32,000 bases of DNA from Methanothermobacter thermautotrophicus str. Delta H (GCF_000008645.1 NC_000916.1:1110001-1142000), one strand, 5' to 3'. Positions 8,630-16,626 are shown, counted from the stretch's first letter. The notes: generated from the sequence alone by a model not told the origin. Program-made: numbers and translations.

Positions 8630-8702
8630 ATCCCAACTGCAGGCCATAATTTCACCTCCGGGTTATTGTTCACAATAACCTGGAGTTGAATTTTAATTTT
8701 TT
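8630..8702 (+). ncRNA. Candidate small RNA: promoter-like BRE/TATA, a 14-bp hairpin and an oligo-T run (the ends are predictions)
   Basis: AAAAAAAG-GTATATATT at 8593-8609 is BRE/TATA-like. The hairpin pairs 8656-8669 with 8672-8685, and its one G.U pair is compatible only with the plus-strand RNA. T4 and T6 runs follow at 8691-8702. There is no coding potential. Confidence 0.3.
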
Positions 8703-8816
8703 GCGTTAATATCATGATGTAAAGGTGAGTTTTAATAATCTTTAAAGCTGAAAGGGAATAGAACAGCCAGAACTGCAGTTAAACTGTTTCTAACCCGTAA
8801 AAATATTTTTCTAATT

Positions 8817-9977
8817 CTATAATAACTGGTCCAGGCTGTCTCCAACCTTCCTTATCACTTCATCAATTATGATGGACGCAAGTTCCTCCTTTTCCATAAG
8901 GGGAAGCTCGGTTACCATGTCTGAGACAATGATGGCCCGGTTCCTGTCTGAGCCAAAACCCTCAACGGACACGTCGTTGGCAACCACCATATCAACACCT
9001 GATTCCCTTATCTGTTTCCTTGCAGATTCCACCAGTGCCTCATTGTCCACATCATACTCTGCCTTGAATCCAACGATGAACGCTTCAGGATTAATCTCCC
9101 TTGCGATCCCTATTACCTTGGGGTTGGGTCTGAGTTCAACTGAAAACTCCTCTGAGGATGATATCTTTCTCTCAGTGTAGACCGGCTTGAAGTCAGCCAC
9201 TGCAGCCGCAGATATGAATACATCATGATCAGCAACGAGTTCCCTGACCCTTTCGGCCATTTCCTCTGCTGTCTCTGCCCGGAAGGATCTTAACTGTGGG
9301 GGTATCTCCACAGATACGGTGCCGGCCACAACCGTGACATCAGCGCCCTCTATGTAGGCCCTCCTGGCTATGGCGAGACCCATCTTCCCTGAACTCCTGT
9401 TTGTAATCCCTCTGACGGGGTCTATGGGTTCATAGGTCCCCCCAAGACTCACAAGGACCCTTTTACCCTGCAGTCTCTGGCTGGAGGTCTGTCTCATTGC
9501 CTCGAGTACTATGGTGTCAATGTCTGGGAACTTGGCCTTTCCCTCATCCATGCGGGGCTCAATAAAGATAACTCCCTCTTCCTTCAGCCTCATGATATTC
9601 TCGGCTGCGGCGGCATACATGGCCTCATGCATTGATGGCACCATGACAATTGGGGTGCCCATGCCTGATGCTGTGAGGAGGAGGGATGATATGGGGTTAT
9701 CAGCCAGCCTGTATGCCAGTTTACCTATGATGTTGGCTGTTGCCGGCGCCACAAGGATCAGGTCAGCGCCTGCGTATTTAACGTGCTCAATTTCCCCTGT
9801 AAGTTCCAGTACAGGTTTGCTTCCGGTTGCAAATTCCATTGCATAGGGGTGTATTATCCTGCAGGCGTCCTCGCTCATGAAGCACTTAACCTCGGCTCCC
9901 TGCCTCCCAAGCTCCCTTGCAAGCTTCACCGCCTCGATGGCTGCAACACTCCCTGTGACGCACAGTATGATCTCCAT
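8817..9977 (-). CDS. coaBC: Bifunctional phosphopantothenoylcysteine decarboxylase / phosphopantothenate-cysteine ligase
   Basis: The N-terminal flavoprotein domain reads ILCVTGSVAAIEAVKLAREL and PATANIIGKLA. The C-terminal CoaB domain reads ITNRSSGKMG and AAAVADF. I prefer the start at ATG 9977 (MEIIL). Confidence 0.92.
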   Translation of the reverse strand: MEIILCVTGSVAAIEAVKLARELGRQGAEVKCFMSEDACRIIHPYAMEFATGSKPVLELTGEIEHVKYAGADLILVAPATANIIGKLAYRLADNPISSLLLTASGMGTPIVMVPSMHEAMYAAAAENIMRLKEEGVIFIEPRMDEGKAKFPDIDTIVLEAMRQTSSQRLQGKRVLVSLGGTYEPIDPVRGITNRSSGKMGLAIARRAYIEGADVTVVAGTVSVEIPPQLRSFRAETAEEMAERVRELVADHDVFISAAAVADFKPVYTERKISSSEEFSVELRPNPKVIGIAREINPEAFIVGFKAEYDVDNEALVESARKQIRESGVDMVVANDVSVEGFGSDRNRAIIVSDMVTELPLMEKEELASIIIDEVIRKVGDSLDQLL

Positions 9978-9987
9978 GGAATCCCCA

Positions 9988-10485
9988 TCATGTATCATCT
10001 ATAACTACAACCGTCTTCTCACCGGTCAGCATTTCTATTATATTATTGAGGGTTTCCAGTTTGCCAGGCACTCTCCTGGCATCCTCCCTCATGACCCTTA
10101 TCTTGAAGCGTTCTTCCCCATCCTTCCCGAATACAATGTTGATCCCTGATATCCTTGCAGGTGCTAGAACATCCTCTGCAACTGATTTGAGGTCTGATTT
10201 CTCTCCAACGACCCGGACCTTCTTTCCTATGGCCCTTGATATTGCCTTCACAATTTTACCACCCTTGCCTATGAGTTTACCGACCTCACCAGCTTCTGTG
10301 ATTATTATAACTATCCCGTCAAGGTCTATGGCCCTTTTAAATCCCAGTTTACCTTCTCCAATCCTGTATAGAACCTTCGCAATCTCCAGTTCAGTTTGAG
10401 TTACCTCCCCTGTTTTAAGTTTATTTTCACAGCCCTGACATAAAATTCCGCTTTTAAGACAGACATCGCATATTGGCAATACCAT
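9988..10485 (-). CDS. NusA-like KH-domain RNA-binding protein with an N-terminal Cys4 zinc ribbon
   Basis: CDVC...CQGC is followed by a KH GXXG motif (GKLIGKGGKIVKAISRAIG) and a second NusA-like KH segment (LAPARISGINIV). I place the start at ATG 10485, preceded by AAGGAGGAAGAAGCA. Confidence 0.7.
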   Translation of the reverse strand: MVLPICDVCLKSGILCQGCENKLKTGEVTQTELEIAKVLYRIGEGKLGFKRAIDLDGIVIIITEAGEVGKLIGKGGKIVKAISRAIGKKVRVVGEKSDLKSVAEDVLAPARISGINIVFGKDGEERFKIRVMREDARRVPGKLETLNNIIEMLTGEKTVVVIDDT

Positions 10486-10719
10486 TGCTTCTTCCTCCTT
10501 TTCTTTAGTGGTTACCGTGATTATCGTGAACAAGGTCACACTGTATAATCCAGGTTTAAAAAGCCATTAGCAGCCTTTAAACCTCTGGAGATAAAATAAA
10601 AAGAGCCCGTCTATTTATCACTGCAGCGACCCTATGGTTAATTAATTACTTTGATAAATATAAATTTATAGTTTTGGATGGCAAAAAAATAAGAAGGGAT
10701 TTGGGGGCTGGTGTGAAAA

Positions 10720-11220
10720 TCAGAGGAACCTCAGGGTCCTGACAATGAGGTCGAAGTTCCGGCTCTCGGCATCGAATTTATCTGCCGGAGCTGTGCAAAG
10801 TATCACATAGACCCTTCCATTGTTCTCTATCCATATTGCCCTCTGCTTTTTCTGGATTCCGCTGTCTGTGATGATGTAAAGGTTTTCGATTGCCTGGTAA
10901 CTGCCTATGGTCGTGTTGGTCTCCGAGACTCTCCTGTAACTTGAATTTGTGAAAAGGGCTTCATAATTCGCCCTGTACATGTCGTAAAGGTTCCCCTTGA
11001 GGTCCTTTGACTGGATAACCACAGAGACCTGGGCAAGACCTGAGGAATCAACGGATGATGGGTCTCCAACCGCTGCAACTGTGTCATTGGCCAGTGAATT
11101 CGCTGTTACCCAGTCTGATGGATACTCAAATGAAACGTTATTCCCTGTAAACGTTTTTGTCTGGTTTTCAGAGCCTGCATCCTCTGATGTGCAGCCGGAT
11201 ACAGACACAACCAGGACCAT
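10720..11220 (-). CDS. Secreted PsbP/DcrB-like protein, probable lipoprotein; the true start is probably ATG 11246 in another frame (frameshift)
   Basis: MVLVVSVSGC ends in a lipobox-like SGC, and the mature part has a PsbP-like pattern (FEYPSDW ... VYVILCTAP). A GAGGT-N7-ATG (11246) encoding MKRYMLILL lies just upstream in a different frame. Confidence 0.65.
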   Translation of the reverse strand: MVLVVSVSGCTSEDAGSENQTKTFTGNNVSFEYPSDWVTANSLANDTVAAVGDPSSVDSSGLAQVSVVIQSKDLKGNLYDMYRANYEALFTNSSYRRVSETNTTIGSYQAIENLYIITDSGIQKKQRAIWIENNGRVYVILCTAPADKFDAESRNFDLIVRTLRFL

Positions 11221-11259
11221 AAAAGGATTAACATGTACCTCTTCATATCATTAACCTCG

Positions 11260-11874
11260 CTAGGGTGATGATGGCGGATTCTGAGTGCCGCCAGTGCCTC
11301 CTGTCCCCTGGTTATCCTGTGGCGTTGATGGTGTGGATGGCGTTGATGGCGTCTGTGGTGTGGATGGTGTCTGTGGTGTTGTGTTTCCCTGACTGAATGT
11401 TTTATTGGATGTTAAAGTTACATTCTTCGCTGTGTCGTTGGAGGATGGGAAGGCGCTCTCATTCACCGTGACTGTCCCCGTGGCCGGAGTTTCTGGCTGA
11501 ATATTCATGAAGTAAAGACCAAAGCCCGTGCCGAAGAGGAATGCCACCACAAGGACTATGGCCCCTATCAGGGACAGGTTCGGCCTCTTCCTCCTTCTGG
11601 TCTCATCTGTCCTGACATATTTTTCAATGAGCTCCTCTTTCTCTTTCCTGTCCTTCTTTATTCTTGACTCCTCCACCCAGTGGTCAAGGGGCTTTTCAGG
11701 AGTCTCCTGTCCCTGAAGCCTTCTTATGTTCTCCACTGCCTCCAGGGTTTCAAGTTCACGTGTGTACTGTTCCCTGAGTGATCTGTACTCCTTCTCTGAA
11801 ATGTTTCCCTCTTCACGTTCCCTTTCAAGTTTCTTGAGCTGTCTCAGGAGCATTTTCTTATCCTGGCTAATCAT
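11260..11874 (-). CDS. Single-pass membrane protein with a cytoplasmic coiled-coil/SHOCT-like segment and an extracellular Thr/Pro/Ser-rich tail
   Basis: LKKLEREREEGNISEKEYRSLREQY is SHOCT-like. The TM helix is LSLIGAIVLVVAFLFGTGFGLYF. The tail reads TTPQTPSTPQTPSTPSTPSTPQ...GTGGTGGT. I prefer the start at ATG 11874 (GGAGATGGTG upstream); the track start GTG 11958 is unlikely. Confidence 0.6.
   Translation of the reverse strand: MISQDKKMLLRQLKKLEREREEGNISEKEYRSLREQYTRELETLEAVENIRRLQGQETPEKPLDHWVEESRIKKDRKEKEELIEKYVRTDETRRRKRPNLSLIGAIVLVVAFLFGTGFGLYFMNIQPETPATGTVTVNESAFPSSNDTAKNVTLTSNKTFSQGNTTPQTPSTPQTPSTPSTPSTPQDNQGTGGTGGTQNPPSSP
11317..11382 (-). repeat. In-frame tandem 9/12-nt repeats encoding (T-P-S/Q)n
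   Basis: On the plus strand, GGCGTTGATGG / TGTGGATGG / CGTCTGTGG units reiterate, translating to TTPQTPSTPQTPSTPSTPSTPQ. Confidence 0.8.
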
Positions 11875-12023
11875 CACCATCTCCTGAATTAAATCCGTGA
11901 TAATAAACGGATCTATATTGTACTCACCAGTATATAAATTTACAGAGTGCCGCGCCACACCCTTAAAATGACCCGCCCATTGCTCTTACTCACGTTTTAA
12001 TCTCCTTTGAGGATCAGAATTAA

Positions 12024-12842
12024 TCAATAATCAGTCATTTCAGGGTATGAACCCAGAATCTTGAAGAATGGGGTCCTATCAGATATACTCCTGAGTATGT
12101 CCATTACATGCGGGTCCTTCCGGTGCCCCTGGAAATCCACAAAGAATATGTACTTGCCAAGACCCCTCTTTGATGGGCGGGACTCTATCTTGGTGAGGTT
12201 GACTCCCGCATCTGCGAAGAAGCCCAGGATCTCATGGAGTCCCCCTGGTTTATCCTCTGATAGTGAGAAGACTATGGAGGTCTTATCCCTTCCTGTTGGT
12301 TCATGGTCACCCTCTGAAAGGACTATGAACCTTGTGAAGTTGGGGTCAAAGTCCTGGATGTTCTCTGCAATCACCTCGAGGCCATATATATCCGCAGCCC
12401 TTCTCGTTCCTATGGCCGCGCACTCCCTCCTCCCCATTATGGTCCTTGCAGCTGCAGCCGTGCTTGGTGTTGAGTGTGTTGAGACCCCAAGTTTCTCCAG
12501 AAATCCTCTGCACTGTGCAAGGGACTGGGGATGGGAGTAGACCTCCCGGATCTCATTCAGGGAGACACCCCTGTTAACGAGGAGGTTGTGCCTTACACGG
12601 AGTATTATCTCCCCCTCTATGCAGAGATCATATTCCCAGGCAAGGAGGTCAAGGGTGACCCCCACCGGGCCCTCTATTGAGTTTTCGATAGGTACAACAC
12701 CCCTTGAGGCCACTCCGGTTGCCACTGCGCCCAGCACCTCGAGTATTGAGTCGAAGGGGATGAGTTCCTCACCGACCCTCCGGGCTGCCTCCTCTGTGAA
12801 TGTCCCCTCAGGGCCCAGATAGGCTATGGGAAGAGATCTCAG
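12024..12842 (-). CDS. pheA: Prephenate dehydratase with a C-terminal ACT domain; non-canonical start (CTG 12842 or ATA 12827)
   Basis: TRF (NFTRFIVL) and ESRP (LTKIESRPSK) motifs are present. The conserved N-terminus IAYLGPEGTFTEEAA is encoded at 12825-12781, upstream of the first ATG/GTG/TTG (GTG 12737). The frame opens only at 12854. Confidence 0.85.
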   Translation of the reverse strand: MRSLPIAYLGPEGTFTEEAARRVGEELIPFDSILEVLGAVATGVASRGVVPIENSIEGPVGVTLDLLAWEYDLCIEGEIILRVRHNLLVNRGVSLNEIREVYSHPQSLAQCRGFLEKLGVSTHSTPSTAAAARTIMGRRECAAIGTRRAADIYGLEVIAENIQDFDPNFTRFIVLSEGDHEPTGRDKTSIVFSLSEDKPGGLHEILGFFADAGVNLTKIESRPSKRGLGKYIFFVDFQGHRKDPHVMDILRSISDRTPFFKILGSYPEMTDY

Positions 12843-13984
12843 TAGAGACCCCCCTTAAGGTAGTTGTTTATCCTGTCTGTTGTTGACTGATAGAATCGCC
12901 TTATGGTTGCCCTGCCGTCACGGTAATCTGCAAGGGTGGCTGAGACCCCCAGACGGACAAGGTGACGTATGAATTCCTCTGCCGCCTCCCGGTCCTCAAC
13001 GTCGATGACCGTGTCCTCATAGGCTGCCTCACCAGCTGATATGCTCTTTATCCTCTCAAGCATGGGGTATATTATTGCCTCCCCGAGGCGGCGTGCCCTT
13101 TCACGGGTTTCATCATCCGATTCATCGAGTTCATAGGCCTGGAAGCCCTCCCTTATGACTCTGCTGAAGAAGAAGGGTCTTCCGAAGTCGAAGGGGTAGC
13201 TGAAGGCGTATGCGAGTTCACGTGCATGGGCCTGTGATGAGGTGTACTTGAGGGGAGGCACCTCCATGCTGGGGTCCTTCATAACCACACCCTCCCTTCC
13301 AGCCATTCCCAGGGCCCTTATTATATCCGCGACCTCACTGGCGGCCTCCTCAATGGGGTAGACCCCAAAGAGGCGCACATTAGGAAGTCCATAGGAATCC
13401 AGGAGCGCCCTCCTCTCTTCAACAGGGAGGGGTCTGTTCGTGTTCTTCTCCCTCAGATCGAATACCCTGAATCCGAGGGGTCCGACCTCAGGGTAGTCCT
13501 GTGAAACATAGGGGTTGTCCCTTCCAATCATCTCTCCACATATAACAAGGTCCGGGTGTTCCCTGAAGAATTCAGAAAGGTCAAGGAGCTCCTGGGCCTT
13601 TCGGGTGGTGAATGGGCAGACATGGCCCCCCCTTGTGAGTGCAACGGTTTCTCCCGATGATAGGCATGCTATACGGACATTGTAGCCGTTCATCTTTTCC
13701 TCTACAGCAACCCTGTCCCTGAAGTGTTCCTGGATGGTGGGTGAGAGTAGCAGTGTCCTCCTTATCTTTGGAAATCCCCTTATGACCTCAGTTTCATCTC
13801 CAAGGTAGATCACCGTCCCTGCCTCCAGGTCCCCCAGGGGCTTCTTGAAGAGGAGGGCCTGCATACCCGCAGATTCAAGTAGCCTCAGGCTCCCCCGGGC
13901 AAATGCAACCTTTAACCTGGAGGATGGTACTCCTGTCCTTTCCTGGATCAGATCGAAGGGGATGTCACTGTTCATTGAATTCAC
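12839..13984 (-). CDS. ATP-dependent RNA ligase (Rnl3/Pab1020 family)
   Basis: The ORF is 381 aa from GTG 13984. The nucleotidyl-transferase motif I lysine sits in VEEKMNGYNVR. Length and motif match my memory of the characterised M. thermautotrophicus RNA ligase MthRnl. Confidence 0.88.
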   Translation of the reverse strand: MNSMNSDIPFDLIQERTGVPSSRLKVAFARGSLRLLESAGMQALLFKKPLGDLEAGTVIYLGDETEVIRGFPKIRRTLLLSPTIQEHFRDRVAVEEKMNGYNVRIACLSSGETVALTRGGHVCPFTTRKAQELLDLSEFFREHPDLVICGEMIGRDNPYVSQDYPEVGPLGFRVFDLREKNTNRPLPVEERRALLDSYGLPNVRLFGVYPIEEAASEVADIIRALGMAGREGVVMKDPSMEVPPLKYTSSQAHARELAYAFSYPFDFGRPFFFSRVIREGFQAYELDESDDETRERARRLGEAIIYPMLERIKSISAGEAAYEDTVIDVEDREAAEEFIRHLVRLGVSATLADYRDGRATIRRFYQSTTDRINNYLKGGLY

Positions 13985-13996
13985 TTGAGACGTCTT

Positions 13997-14004
13997 AAAA
14001 AAAA
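13997..14004 (-). terminator. T8 tract in the 26-nt spacer between the last CBS gene and the RNA ligase gene (possible attenuating terminator)
   Basis: The minus strand reads CCTCCTTTTTTTTAAGACGTCTCAA-GTG. No SD-like sequence precedes the ligase GTG. Confidence 0.25.
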
Positions 14005-14010
14005 GGAGGT

Positions 14011-14829
14011 TTAGAAGACACCCTCTATCTCAACTATGAGGTCAAGGATGTCTGTCTTCGTTACTATACCCTCAACTTCCTGTTTGATTACAGGGAATCC
14101 CCCGTAGCCTGTCTCCAGCATGAGTGATGCCACTTCAGTTACCGGAGTCTCCTCCTCAATGGTCCTCACGTTCTGTTTCATTATATCCTCCACGAGGAGG
14201 TTTCTTATCCTTGAGGGTTTGTGCCTGTCCGGGACGAGCTTTCTGAAGTTTATGACGGCCCTTGTCATGTCCCTGGCTGTGAGTATTCCTGCAAGTTCGT
14301 CCTCCTCCATGACCAGCAGGCGGCCTATGCCTGCGTCGATCATTATCCTCCTTGCATGGACGACCCTCTCTGCCGGGGACACCGTTATCATCTCTGTGCT
14401 CATGACATCGGCTGCAGTGTACTTCTCATAGGCCCTTCCCCTGCAGATGTCAAGGAGGTCTGATTTTGTGACTATACCCATGATTTCACCGTCATGGAGA
14501 ACCGGAAGGCTTCCGATGTTGTTTTCGAGCATTACGCTTGCTGCGTTTCCGGCGTCCATGTCTGGCTCTGCGGTTATGAGTTCCGGTGTCATGACCGTTG
14601 AGACATGGAAGTGGGAGGGTGCCATGTTGCCGTACCTTGAGGATCCGAGTTTGAGTGCTATGTCCTTCTCGGTAACTATACCAACAAGTTCCCTCTCATG
14701 GTCGCTGTTGGTGTTTATAACGAGGAGCCTTGAGACGTTCCTTTTATCCATGAGTCTCAGGGCGTCACATATGTTCTGATCCTTATCGATGCAGACAGGA
14801 TCCTCTGACATGATGTTTTTGATTATCAT
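14011..14829 (-). CDS. CBS-domain-only protein (4 CBS motifs, two Bateman modules), paralogue 5 of 5 in transcription order
   Basis: Four h-x-x-h-M-(T/S)...G(I/L)(V/L)T..D(I/L/M) units are present. I place the start at ATG 14829, preceded by GGTGG-N5. The upstream stop codon ends at 14839. Confidence 0.85.
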   Translation of the reverse strand: MIIKNIMSEDPVCIDKDQNICDALRLMDKRNVSRLLVINTNSDHERELVGIVTEKDIALKLGSSRYGNMAPSHFHVSTVMTPELITAEPDMDAGNAASVMLENNIGSLPVLHDGEIMGIVTKSDLLDICRGRAYEKYTAADVMSTEMITVSPAERVVHARRIMIDAGIGRLLVMEEDELAGILTARDMTRAVINFRKLVPDRHKPSRIRNLLVEDIMKQNVRTIEEETPVTEVASLMLETGYGGFPVIKQEVEGIVTKTDILDLIVEIEGVF

Positions 14830-14838
14830 ACTCTCCAC

Positions 14839-15684
14839 CTACTGGATTCCGCTTATTATATCTGTTTTTGTTATTATCCCCACCAGTTCATCGTCCTCAA
14901 CCACTGGAAGGCCGCTTATACCGTTTTCAAGCATCATGGCTGCTGCGCTGGATGCATCCACAGATGGTTCCACCTTTATCACGTCCTCAGTCATTATGTC
15001 CCCTGCTGTTAGCATCGCGATGGTACGGACCCTTTTCTTCTCCTCTGAGGTTCTGCTTATGAAGTAGACCCTCTCGACGGGTATGCCCCTCTCAGGGTCC
15101 TCGAAGGTTGCGAATGAGAGGTTCTCTGAGGTTATTATCCCCTCAACTGCGCCGTTATCTGTTACGACCACCCTTGAGATGTTGTTCTCCTCCATGACGC
15201 CTATCACATGGGACAGTGTGTGGTTGGGTGTCACCGTTTTAACGTCCTCTGTCATGAGGTCCCTCACCTTCCATCTGCCGGCGCATCTGTCCTTGAAGAA
15301 CCTGAGAAGGTCCTTCTTGGTTACTATGCCTGCAAGTTCCTCTCCATCCATTACAAGGAGGGACCCCACATTCTTCCTGAGCATGAGCTCCGCTGCATCC
15401 CTGGGGGTGTCATTAACATTCACGGTTACGGGGTTCTCTGTCATCACCCTCCTTATGGAGATCTTATCTATTGGTCTCCTCCTCCAGTCGGGGCCGTTAA
15501 CCCGGAGTTTTCTGGTTATATCGGTCTCAGTCACTATGCCGACCGGTTTACCATCTGCATCAACAACCACGACCCTGCTTATCCCGTGTCTCAGCATGAG
15601 GTTCCTTGCATAGGCAACCTGCTGTGTCTCATCCATGACGATGACTTCATCTGTCATTATGCTCCCTATATCCACTGTAACCAC
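14839..15684 (-). CDS. CBS-domain-only protein (4 CBS motifs), paralogue 4 of 5
   Basis: The protein has four CBS units. The stop of the upstream gene (15685-15687) directly abuts GTG 15684. An alternative start is GTG 15675 behind AGGTGG. Confidence 0.85.
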   Translation of the reverse strand: MVTVDIGSIMTDEVIVMDETQQVAYARNLMLRHGISRVVVVDADGKPVGIVTETDITRKLRVNGPDWRRRPIDKISIRRVMTENPVTVNVNDTPRDAAELMLRKNVGSLLVMDGEELAGIVTKKDLLRFFKDRCAGRWKVRDLMTEDVKTVTPNHTLSHVIGVMEENNISRVVVTDNGAVEGIITSENLSFATFEDPERGIPVERVYFISRTSEEKKRVRTIAMLTAGDIMTEDVIKVEPSVDASSAAAMMLENGISGLPVVEDDELVGIITKTDIISGIQ

Positions 15685-16626
15685 CTACCCTGCTATTGCC
15701 CTCAGTAAGTCGCTTTCAGTTATTATTCCTGTCAGTTCCCCGTAGTCCACCACGGGAAGTCCTCCTATTCCATGTTCCTCCATGAGCTCACATACCCTTC
15801 CTAGGGGTGTTGTGGATGTTACCATGCAGACCTGTGTCTCCATGATCTCGTTTACAGGTGTTGAGAGGACCTCCTCGGCACTGTTGGTTTTCATTGCACT
15901 GAAGGCCTGGTTCCTTCCAAGGAACTCGAGTATGTCAGTGGATGTCACTATCCCGACAAGTTTTTCCTCCTCAGGGTGTGGAGTTTTTCTCTCCTCGCCA
16001 AGAACAGGTATCCTCCTTAGCCTGTTCCTCACCATTATCTTTGAGGCGCCCTCTATGGGTGTTCCTGGTGTTGTGCTTATCACATCTGCTGTCATGTGCT
16101 CCTCTGTCACCTCATCATTGAATACTCCTGCCATGAGAAGCACGAAGTCCCTCTCAGATACTATGCCGGCTATCTTCTCGTCATCATCAACTACCGGTAG
16201 TGCGCCGACGCTGTTCTCAAGCATCATGCTCACTGCATCTGCAATTGAGTCCCTGGTGGTTATGCTGATGACGTCCCGGGTCATGATACTTTTAACGGGT
16301 TCGTTGACAGCTGCAAGGAAGTTATCATCATATTTTTTATCGATGATCTTGGATTTATCTCCCCCTCCTAAAAAGTCCAGGATATCCATGGCCGTGACTA
16401 TCCCCTGGAGCTTACCTGTCCCGGGGTTTGTTATTGGAAGCCTCCTGAATTTGTTCTTAACCATTATCTCCGCTGCTTCTTTGATGGTGGCTGTCTGTGG
16501 TATGGAAATAACTTCCTTCCTGGCGATGGCCATCACATCGCCTTCATGGTCGAAGTTTCTGCTCTCGAATTCGACGGGACCACGGTCCCTAGACTTTACC
16601 AGGTTTATGGTGTCTTTTTTTCTCAT
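15685..16626 (-). CDS. CBS-domain-only protein (4 CBS motifs) with a ~35-aa N-terminal extension, paralogue 3 of 5
   Basis: The protein has four CBS units. ATG 16626 is preceded by GAGAGGTGTGTAA. A 120-bp AT-rich spacer lies upstream. Confidence 0.88.
   Translation of the reverse strand: MRKKDTINLVKSRDRGPVEFESRNFDHEGDVMAIARKEVISIPQTATIKEAAEIMVKNKFRRLPITNPGTGKLQGIVTAMDILDFLGGGDKSKIIDKKYDDNFLAAVNEPVKSIMTRDVISITTRDSIADAVSMMLENSVGALPVVDDDEKIAGIVSERDFVLLMAGVFNDEVTEEHMTADVISTTPGTPIEGASKIMVRNRLRRIPVLGEERKTPHPEEEKLVGIVTSTDILEFLGRNQAFSAMKTNSAEEVLSTPVNEIMETQVCMVTSTTPLGRVCELMEEHGIGGLPVVDYGELTGIITESDLLRAIAG

Noticed and set aside
8627-8659. A minus-strand GGAGGTGA-N4-ATG heads a 6-codon ORF (MACSWD).
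   Set aside because: The SD and start geometry are striking, but six codons is too short to call a CDS from sequence alone. I keep it only as the alternative reading of the candidate sRNA locus.
8714-8751. A possible C/D box sRNA next to nop5-flpA, with a C-like box ATGATGT (8714-8720) and a D box CTGA (8748-8751).
   Set aside because: The boxes are only 38 nt apart, which is too short for the archaeal C-guide-D'-C'-guide-D layout. No internal D'/C' boxes are present, and the C box deviates at its last position.
11220-11230. Programmed -1 ribosomal frameshift could join the lipoprotein signal peptide to its body.
   Set aside because: The site (AUC CUU UUA UGG) is not a canonical X XXY YYZ heptamer, and I see no downstream pseudoknot or hairpin. 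A homopolymer error or a genuine frameshift mutation is the simpler explanation.
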